This document shows, piece by piece, positions 1 to 6,943 of a stretch of 32,000 nt of DNA (its first letter is position 1; each line of letters begins with the position of its first letter). The stretch is from Candidatus Thalassarchaeaceae archaeon (GTDB lineage Archaea; Thermoplasmatota; Poseidoniia; Poseidoniales; Thalassarchaeaceae), in the NCBI GenBank assembly GCA_045568075.1, contig JBJLBP010000001.1, positions 1,350,001 through 1,382,000 on the forward strand. The letters are read 5' to 3'. Below the pieces are notes generated by a model that saw only the letters and a program-made list of their open reading frames with translations, did not search any database and was not told where the DNA came from. The position numbers and the translations under genes are program-made.

Positions 1-523
1 GCGCATTTTCTCCAACGTCTTCAACTGCGATTATTCGGAATCCTGCCTCTTTTGCAGATTGAATGGAGTCAATAGCCTCACGCCAGAAAACAGGAATGAA
101 TCTGTATGACTTCATCGAAGCGCGTTTTGCAGCGCTTCTTTTCTCGTTGTTGAGTGGCCCATCTACAATTACTGCATCTGCTCCCGAAACTTCTGCGGTT
201 CGAATACAAAATCCGATGTTTACTGGATATTTTGCACCATCCAGCATCCAGATGAGTCCACCAGATTCTAGAACTTCCTCAAAGCTCGCAGAGGGATTTC
301 TTCCTACCAATCCAAGAACATCTGGGGCACCATCAGAATTGTTTTTTGCCATCCGCCACAAATCGTTCTCTGAGCCTTCAATCACAGGAACATTCAACTT
401 TTCAGCCATTGAAATAATATTTTCCACCGCCTGATTTTCGTGACCTCTCTTGACTAGAATCAACGATACTGAATCTCCCCTCTCGAATGCAACTCGAACC
501 TCTTCGGTTCCACATAGTTGCAT
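1..523 (-). CDS. SpoU/TrmH-family RNA 2'-O-methyltransferase (RlmB-like), 3' end cut by window edge
   Basis: Absent from the ORF track because it runs off the window edge. Reverse-strand translation from ATG (complement of 521-523) gives MQLCGTEEVRVAFERGDSVSLILVKRGHENQAVENIISMAEKLNVPVIEGSENDLWRMAK...GGLIWMLDGAKYPVNIGFCIRTAEVSGADAVIVDG...AGFRIIAVEDVGENA with no stop down to position 1. It has a small N-terminal substrate-binding-like domain followed by the LDG..P.N.G...RTAE..GA..V motif typical of SpoU methylases. The + ORF 63-434 is its antisense shadow. Confidence 0.6.
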   Translation of the reverse strand, partial: MQLCGTEEVRVAFERGDSVSLILVKRGHENQAVENIISMAEKLNVPVIEGSENDLWRMAKNNSDGAPDVLGLVGRNPSASFEEVLESGGLIWMLDGAKYPVNIGFCIRTAEVSGADAVIVDGPLNNEKRSAAKRASMKSYRFIPVFWREAIDSIQSAKEAGFRIIAVEDVGENA

Positions 524-538
524 AGTCACGAGAACCCC

Positions 539-1351
539 TCATTGACGATGTGTATTCTTGAATACGGGAATTGGATTCATCTTGTGCGAATTGGCTTTAT
601 TGAAGCCCCGGTAAATTTCCAATACTTGCCTTTGGCGTTCTGTTAACTCCTCATCGCTAGAGTTTTCTTCATGCCTCATTGCCCATTCTAGTTCTGCATA
701 AGTTGCACCGATTTGATCCTCATCTGTTCTACCGTCAGGCCACAGGCCATCTGTAGGTGCAGCATCTTGAATTTCCTGAATGATGCCGAGTGATTCTGCA
801 ATTGCGTAAACTTCGGATTTCATTAGATCTGCAATAGGAGAAATATCAACACCGCCATCTCCGTATTTTGTGAAAAAGCCCACTCCGAAGTCTTCGACCT
901 TATTTCCTGTACCTACAACAATACCATTTCTCAGACCTGCGAAATGGTACAAAGTAGTCATCCTAAGTCTAGCCTTGGCATTTGCTAGGGTAAGGTTTGA
1001 ACAATATTCTCCGAGCTCAATGGAAAATGCATCGAATACTTTTGTGAGATCGAAGGGTGAATATCGTGAATCAATATTCTCAAAATTTGATTCAAGCCAA
1101 GAAATGTGTTGATTCGCCAACGAAAATTGTTCTGGGTCTTGGTGAATTGGCATATTGAGCACAATCGTAGGAAGTCCAGTTCGAGCAGAAAGTGTCGATG
1201 TTACAGCAGAATCGATACCGCCAGAAACTCCGATTACTAGCGTTTCGATGCCGTTGCTGCGAGCATAATCACCAATCCATGCAGTAATCTCGTCAGCGAG
1301 ACCAAACATATCTTCCACGATCAAACCTCCTTCAGTGGCAAGCCATTCCAT
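539..1351 (-). CDS. nadE: NH3-dependent NAD+ synthetase
   Basis: 270 aa. PP-loop ATP pyrophosphatase signature LVIGVSGGIDSAV. Length and overall layout match single-domain NadE. The ATG at 1351 overlaps the upstream gene's 3' end by 20 nt; an alternative ATG lies at 1309. Confidence 0.9.
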   Translation of the reverse strand: MEWLATEGGLIVEDMFGLADEITAWIGDYARSNGIETLVIGVSGGIDSAVTSTLSARTGLPTIVLNMPIHQDPEQFSLANQHISWLESNFENIDSRYSPFDLTKVFDAFSIELGEYCSNLTLANAKARLRMTTLYHFAGLRNGIVVGTGNKVEDFGVGFFTKYGDGGVDISPIADLMKSEVYAIAESLGIIQEIQDAAPTDGLWPDGRTDEDQIGATYAELEWAMRHEENSSDEELTERQRQVLEIYRGFNKANSHKMNPIPVFKNTHRQ

Positions 1352-1973
1352 ATTTCTTCAAGCGCCAGTAATTGTATGGCCACGGAGTAATAAATCCAAC
1401 AATAAGCATGATTGGGATTACCCACCAAGTTAACATGGCTCCACCAGTCATCAAATAATCTGTAATATTCATAGCAGATTCCATGGCAATCATAGAGATA
1501 AATGACATGCCGATTGCTACTTTAAATCCTTCAAATAATCCCATTTGCTTGGATAAAATTGCAGTTTCAAGAGCAATTGAAGTCAATAATCCATTGATTA
1601 TTGCTAAGATCATGATGCTCATTGGACTCCACCCCGAATCCGTGAATACGAATTGGAACGCAGCAATAGTACCAAAGTCGCCAATTGAACAGCCGATGAG
1701 ACACCATTTCGTGTTGTGTGCACTCTGTTTCCAGACACTTCGGTCACCCCAGTGATAATCCTCGGCCTGACCATCGACCGTGTAGCCAATTGTCCGAACC
1801 GCTCCGGTCATCAAATCTCGCGATACACCTGAGTGTGAAACGATAGCAAAACCGGTCTCGTGCGATACCTCTGCGGAAGCAACTCCAGCCACACCCTCAA
1901 GCGCATCACGGACACGCCCTGCGCAGCCATCGCAAGTCATCCCGCCAACATCAAGCGTGACCGTCTCAGACAC
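1332..1973 (-). CDS. Heavy-metal-associated (HMA) domain fused to a DUF4396-like 4-TM membrane domain
   Basis: N-terminal TVTLDVGGMTCDGCAGRVRDALEGVAGV is a canonical GMTCxxC ferredoxin-fold metal-binding domain. The C-terminal ~140 aa has about 4 hydrophobic helices starting with a WCLIGCSIGDFG motif that I recall as DUF4396-like (family name from memory). The track ORF extends to 2264, but that extension is an Arg/Gly-rich translation of the C-rich spacer. I place the start at GTG (complement of 1971-1973), 10 residues before GMTCDGC. Confidence 0.65.
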   Translation of the reverse strand: MSETVTLDVGGMTCDGCAGRVRDALEGVAGVASAEVSHETGFAIVSHSGVSRDLMTGAVRTIGYTVDGQAEDYHWGDRSVWKQSAHNTKWCLIGCSIGDFGTIAAFQFVFTDSGWSPMSIMILAIINGLLTSIALETAILSKQMGLFEGFKVAIGMSFISMIAMESAMNITDYLMTGGAMLTWWVIPIMLIVGFITPWPYNYWRLKKYGMACH

Positions 1974-2111
1974 GGTCAGAACCCCGCATCGCCCGCCTTT
2001 GAACCCTTCCAAGCAACGACGACAGCGCTCGCCTCGAAGACGCCCGACACAGAACCAAAGACCCCCGAATCTCCCTAAACGCCCTTTGGGCGACCCCCTC
2101 AACTTCAAGAC

Positions 2112-2126
2112 GCGACCGCAGGTCGC
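2112..2126 (+). promoter_or_regulatory. Perfect 15-bp palindrome GCGACC-GCA-GGTCGC, 7 nt upstream of the ileS ATG
   Basis: Read directly from the sequence. The right arm, extended to GGTCGCCC (2121-2128), is also complementary to GGGCGACC at 2088-2095. Confidence 0.3.
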
Positions 2127-2133
2127 CCGCCCG

Positions 2134-5100
2134 ATGGTGGTGCCGAAGCCAGCCGGCGAACTCGATCCGGTCGCCCTCGAGACAGCCCTGATGCAGGCTT
2201 GGAGCGATGAGAAGACATTCGCCCAGAGCATTGAGGCGCGACGCGACGGTGCATCCCCATTCACTTTCCTCGAAGGGCCACCTACTGCGAACGGAAAACC
2301 GGGGATTCACCACGTGATTTCTCGTCTGTTCAAGGACATGGTCTGCCGTTGGAAAACCATGGAAGGTCACATTGTGGAGCGTAAGGCGGGGTGGGACACC
2401 CATGGTTTGCCAGTAGAGATTGAGGTGCAGAAGCAGTTGGACCTGATGAGCAATGAAGCCATCGAAGAATACGGAATGGAGGCCTTCAACCAAAAGTGCA
2501 AGGAGAGCGTCTGGACCTACGAAGAAGCATGGCGCGAAATGACCGAACGCATGGGATTCTGGGTCGATATGGACGATCCTTACGTCACACTGCACGACGA
2601 TTACATCGAATCCGCTTGGTGGTCACTCAAGCAAATGTTCGACAAAGGCTTGCTATTTCGTGGTCACAAAGTTCTACCCTTTTGCCCACAGACAGGAACC
2701 AGTTACTCGACTCATGAGGTAGCTCAGGGTTACAAAGAGGTCGCTGAGCCTGCCGTTTTCATCAAATTCAAGCTCGCAGATGAAGATGCTTCCGTGCTCG
2801 CTTGGACAACCACTCCTTGGACACTGCCCGGTAATGTCGGGCTTGCCGTTGGACCCGATGTGACATATGTTCGAGTTCGGGTCAGTACGCCGCCTTCAGA
2901 ATCTTGGGAAGGTCGCGGCGGCGCACCAGTTGGTGAGGAGTTAATTCTCGCCAAGGATCTGATGGGAGAAGTTCTTCGCCATCATATCGAAGTGATCGAT
3001 GAATTCCCTGGCTCTGACCTCGTCGGTCGCTCGTACAATCCTCTTTTCCCCGGCGCCATCGATGGCTCCGAGCATCCTGCAGCCTGGACCATCGTAGGCG
3101 CCGACTTCGTCACGACAAGTGACGGTACTGGAGTCGTCCATACAGCCGTGATGTATGGTGAGGACGACTACAATTTGGGTATGAAAGAAGGATTTCCAGC
3201 TCAGCATACCGTAGGAATGGATGGGTGCTTCGTTGCAGGCACTCATGGGCAGCTTGATGGCCGATATGTGAAAGACTGCGACGAAGACATCATCAATTTA
3301 CTTGCAGACGAGAATTCGCTGTATCGAGAGCATATTTACACTCACGATTACCCACATTGCTGGCGCACGGATCACCCATTGTTGTACTACGCCATGGACA
3401 GTTGGTTCGTGCGAATGACTGCTGTCAAGGAGCAAATCATGCAATACAATTCGGAGGTCGAATGGGCTCCGGATTGGACTGGTGAGAAGCGCATGGGAGA
3501 GTGGCTGTCCAACATCAAGGATTGGGCAATCAGCCGCGAGCGATATTGGGGCACACCGATTCCTGTTTGGATCTGCCCTGATTGTGGAATAGAGCACTGC
3601 ATCGGCAGCATCGCTGAGATGGAGGAAATGAAGACAGCTGGCTCGCCGATGCCGCCCGAGCTGCATCGACCATACGTCGACGACGTCAAGCTCAATTGTC
3701 CAACTAGCGATTGTTCGGGCGAGATGGTGCGCGAGCCCTACGTCATGGATTGCTGGTTCGATTCAGGATGCGCTTCCTTCGCTCAGTGGCATTATCCATT
3801 CGAGAATCAAGACAAATTCGACGGAGCATTCCCAGTCGATTACATCTGTGAGGCCGTCGACCAAACACGTGGTTGGTTCTACTCGCTAATGGCGGTCTCA
3901 ACTACGGTGTTCGACAGTATCTGCTACCGTCGTTGCCTCTCACTCGGCCATATCCTCGATAAGGACGGCAAGAAGATGTCGAAGTCACGTGGAAATGTGG
4001 TGAATCCTTGGGACCATTTCAACAAGGAAGGTTCGGATTCGATTCGCTGGTACATGATGACGCAGAGCGCACCATGGTCGCCGACAAATTTCGATTCTAA
4101 CGGAGTTCGAGAGTCCTACGCCAAGATGTTCCTCACACTATGGAATGTCCACCGTTTCCACGCTGACTACGCCGCACTCGATGGCTTTGATGCGGATGAT
4201 GCGGACGGCTTTGTGGCAGTTGCGGACCGCAGTCCGCTCGACCGTTGGATTCTCTCCAGATTACACACGGTCGCCAACTCATATCACGACCATTTTGTTG
4301 AGTGGGATTTCCACAAGGCTGGGCGTGAACTCGAGGCATTCGTTGTGAATGACCTCTCGAATTGGTATGTGCGCCGCAGCCGTCGCCGCCTTTGGGATGA
4401 GGCTGATTCGTTGGACAAAAGAGCGTGTCAGCACACCTTGCATGAGGTGTTACTGACAGTTTGTCGATTAATGGCGCCAGTGGCTCCGTTCATGCCAGAC
4501 CAAATTCACCGCGATTTGACCGGCGTTTCGGTTCATTTAGCCGATTGGCCGGTCGGCTCAAGTCTTGTTGAGTCGAACTTACCGCCGCAAGATTGGGCGC
4601 TTGAACAGGAGATGGAGCTAGTGCGCGCGTTGGCAGAGACTGGGCGGCGCGTTCGTGTTGATGCTGATCGCCGACAGCGCCTACCTTGTCGGGCTGGCTG
4701 GATTGTTGGCGAGCCAGATATCGGTCGCTTCCATGATTTGCTGGCGGACGAACTGAATGTCGAGTCACTGACCACTGAGGATGACCTTGAGCGCTTCCAG
4801 CGTATGGTTGTCGAGCCTAATCGTAAGGCACTGGGCAAGAAGTGCCGGCAGGATTTGCCTGCAGTGATTGCTTTGCTGGGTGAGGCTGATCCTGACAACC
4901 TATTGTTGGAGATTGACGCAGGAATCTGCATCCTCGAAGGATATGACATTACAATGGACGATATTGAGATCCGTCGCGTCGAGAAAGATGGCTTCGCCGC
5001 CTCGACGATTTCTGACGAAAACGTCGGTGATGTCTCTCTCGTTCTCGATATGAGTCTCGACGATGATTTACTTTCGAAGGGCCTCGCGCGCGACATAATT

Positions 5101-5316
5101 CGCAGAGTGCAGGCCAAGCGCAAGGACCTCGACCTCGATGTCGAAGCGAGCATCACACTCGCTGTTTGGGTTGATGGTCTCGAGTTAGCAGACGCGGATT
5201 GGGCCCATGTTCAGTCAGAGGTGCGTGCTGGCGCGGCAAGCCTCAACGATGGGGCTGCCGCTGGAGATTCCTTCCAAGTCGACGGAGTAAGCGTGACTTT
5301 CACCGTCGAAGCCTGA
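2134..5316 (+). CDS. ileS: Isoleucyl-tRNA synthetase
   Basis: Class I aaRS motifs: PPTANGKPGIHHV (HIGH-type) and KKMSKSRGN (KMSKS). Also the WTTTPWTLPGN editing-domain motif and Cys clusters CPDCG...HC and CPTSDC. ATG at 2134 gives 1060 aa, typical for archaea. The track start at 1957 adds a Pro/Arg-rich low-complexity extension that I reject. Confidence 0.95.
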   Translation: MVVPKPAGELDPVALETALMQAWSDEKTFAQSIEARRDGASPFTFLEGPPTANGKPGIHHVISRLFKDMVCRWKTMEGHIVERKAGWDTHGLPVEIEVQKQLDLMSNEAIEEYGMEAFNQKCKESVWTYEEAWREMTERMGFWVDMDDPYVTLHDDYIESAWWSLKQMFDKGLLFRGHKVLPFCPQTGTSYSTHEVAQGYKEVAEPAVFIKFKLADEDASVLAWTTTPWTLPGNVGLAVGPDVTYVRVRVSTPPSESWEGRGGAPVGEELILAKDLMGEVLRHHIEVIDEFPGSDLVGRSYNPLFPGAIDGSEHPAAWTIVGADFVTTSDGTGVVHTAVMYGEDDYNLGMKEGFPAQHTVGMDGCFVAGTHGQLDGRYVKDCDEDIINLLADENSLYREHIYTHDYPHCWRTDHPLLYYAMDSWFVRMTAVKEQIMQYNSEVEWAPDWTGEKRMGEWLSNIKDWAISRERYWGTPIPVWICPDCGIEHCIGSIAEMEEMKTAGSPMPPELHRPYVDDVKLNCPTSDCSGEMVREPYVMDCWFDSGCASFAQWHYPFENQDKFDGAFPVDYICEAVDQTRGWFYSLMAVSTTVFDSICYRRCLSLGHILDKDGKKMSKSRGNVVNPWDHFNKEGSDSIRWYMMTQSAPWSPTNFDSNGVRESYAKMFLTLWNVHRFHADYAALDGFDADDADGFVAVADRSPLDRWILSRLHTVANSYHDHFVEWDFHKAGRELEAFVVNDLSNWYVRRSRRRLWDEADSLDKRACQHTLHEVLLTVCRLMAPVAPFMPDQIHRDLTGVSVHLADWPVGSSLVESNLPPQDWALEQEMELVRALAETGRRVRVDADRRQRLPCRAGWIVGEPDIGRFHDLLADELNVESLTTEDDLERFQRMVVEPNRKALGKKCRQDLPAVIALLGEADPDNLLLEIDAGICILEGYDITMDDIEIRRVEKDGFAASTISDENVGDVSLVLDMSLDDDLLSKGLARDIIRRVQAKRKDLDLDVEASITLAVWVDGLELADADWAHVQSEVRAGAASLNDGAAAGDSFQVDGVSVTFTVEA

Positions 5317-5341
5317 GATTGGCGCGGTGCAGCCTAGGCAC

Positions 5342-6796
5342 TCACATCTCTAGAATATGTGGTCCATACTCGACTGGCAGCAGCAGCTCCACCCCAAACA
5401 GAGGGTCTGGGTCAGTCGAGTCCATGTAAGCAATGAATGACCCACCATCTGGCAGGATTGCCATGCTGGCGAAATCGAAGCGAATATCATTGCCAGCTCC
5501 GGAAGTTGAATCGAGATCCCCTTGCCCTAGGTAGGTCTTCATGTCCGGCTCTAGAGACTCAGAATAATCTCGGACATGCCATGCAATATCCACATCAGGG
5601 CCATCTGCACTCTGATAGCGGATATTGACGACAAGGAGGTCATGGACACCATTGGAATGCCACTCCCACTCCTCAAGTTCACTCGCTGTTCCAGACAGAT
5701 TGTATTCCTGCAAATCCCAAGTCTCTCCACCATCCCATGAGATATGGTGCATGATGCCGGTACCGCTGCCGAGCGCCCCAAAGCAATGCAAGGCAGTAGA
5801 GGAATCGATTGCACAGTATTGAGTAGGTAGTGAGGAGCCGTTGAGCGAGGTAGCAGCCCACCAGTTGAGAGAGGTGTCGACGAAGGCGTCCGTGCCATCT
5901 AGGAAATAATTGGGGAAGTAGAGCCCACCCGAGGGGACTGGGAATGCTCGCATCTCCTTGTGAGGCTTGGTGAAATCCCACTCCGGGCCGAGAGATTCTG
6001 CTGTAAGGTCGACCTCGATTAAGTCGAGATTCGAATCTCGGTCGGGGAAATCGAAGTAATCGTAGTTCAAACCATCAGTCGAAATCTGTCCGCCGAAGTT
6101 CGCAACTTGGTGCCAGAAATTTGAGATTACGAGGCTCGCCCAATCGCCATTTCCGTAAATTCCACCGTTTATTGGACCGACCACTTCAACCTGCCAAGAG
6201 CGATCATAGAATGGTTCAGGAGTACGGTTGAAACACCAGCTCCACTCTTTGTCTTCAGCATCGTAAAAGAATGCGTAGAATTGGTCGGCACCGCTAGTGC
6301 TTGGATATGGGAACCAGCCCATTGAGATCAGGTCACCATTAGTCGCTTGAACGATGCTTCCCTCTCCAAGCCCCTCCTGCCCGGGCACCGTTGGTTTCGG
6401 TTCCCTGCAGCCAATCTGCGAGAATATGCTTGGACGGTATTCCTGCCATGTGTGGCCTCGGTCTTCAGACCACGTTGGGTATTCACCGCCGAAGTTGAGG
6501 ATCCATCCTTCCTTCGTTGCGGCTAGGTAATGTTCGCAGCAATTTCCACCCTCCTCATTACCGAAGACCGCCCAACTGGCATTGCCCCAAGTCTGGTTAC
6601 TAAATGGAGCAGCGACATCGAAGAATCGGGCGTCTGAGTGACTAACGGGGTCATCGATGTAAGACATGTCTTTGTCCCAATCGGGGATTGTTTCGCCGCT
6701 GTCGGATGAGGAACCTCCGCCTAAACAGCCGGCGAATGACATGGTGAGAACCATCAGGGCGGCACAGGCCACTCTGCCACTGCGCTGCATGTTCAT
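5342..6796 (-). CDS. Secreted BNR/Asp-box repeat beta-propeller lipoprotein (sialidase-like fold), function unknown
   Basis: Signal peptide plus lipobox (ALMVLTMSFAGC followed by LGGGSSSDSG). Two clear Asp-box motifs, S-E-D-R-G-H-T-W and S-W-D-G-G-E-T-W, and a degenerate third (STDGLNY). Trp/Gly-rich beta-type sequence throughout. Confidence 0.7.
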   Translation of the reverse strand: MNMQRSGRVACAALMVLTMSFAGCLGGGSSSDSGETIPDWDKDMSYIDDPVSHSDARFFDVAAPFSNQTWGNASWAVFGNEEGGNCCEHYLAATKEGWILNFGGEYPTWSEDRGHTWQEYRPSIFSQIGCREPKPTVPGQEGLGEGSIVQATNGDLISMGWFPYPSTSGADQFYAFFYDAEDKEWSWCFNRTPEPFYDRSWQVEVVGPINGGIYGNGDWASLVISNFWHQVANFGGQISTDGLNYDYFDFPDRDSNLDLIEVDLTAESLGPEWDFTKPHKEMRAFPVPSGGLYFPNYFLDGTDAFVDTSLNWWAATSLNGSSLPTQYCAIDSSTALHCFGALGSGTGIMHHISWDGGETWDLQEYNLSGTASELEEWEWHSNGVHDLLVVNIRYQSADGPDVDIAWHVRDYSESLEPDMKTYLGQGDLDSTSGAGNDIRFDFASMAILPDGGSFIAYMDSTDPDPLFGVELLLPVEYGPHILEM

Positions 6797-6798
6797 CG

Positions 6799-6815
6799 CG
6801 AGTGCTTCGCACTCG
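6799..6815 (-). promoter_or_regulatory. 7-bp hairpin (CGAGTGC-TTC-GCACTCG) immediately 5' of the BNR-lipoprotein start codon
   Basis: Perfect inverted repeat read from the sequence. Its nearest base is 2 nt upstream of the ATG at 6796-6794 (minus strand). Confidence 0.25.
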
Positions 6816-6943
6816 GTCAGTATTTCGCTGCTTCGTCATCACGATGTTTCGATTTTGGGCAGGAATCATTGTGAATTCTTATGATTGAGGGAGTAAACCA
6901 TTGACGGTTGGATTCAAGGGGAGAAGCGAGCCGTTACGTTGCA

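Noticed and set aside
63-434. 123-aa + strand ORF at the left edge
   Set aside because: It lies entirely antisense to a much better SpoU/TrmH-like reading frame (1-523, minus strand). Its own translation is Ser/Pro/Thr-rich with no motif.
1957-2264. Long N-terminal extensions of the two track ORFs (1332..2264 minus and 1957..5316 plus), which overlap each other
   Set aside because: Both extensions are Arg/Pro/Gly-rich low-complexity translations of the C-rich spacer. Conserved protein sequence begins at GTG 1973 (HMA domain) and ATG 2134 (IleRS N-terminus). Two real proteins would not overlap head-to-head by 300 nt.
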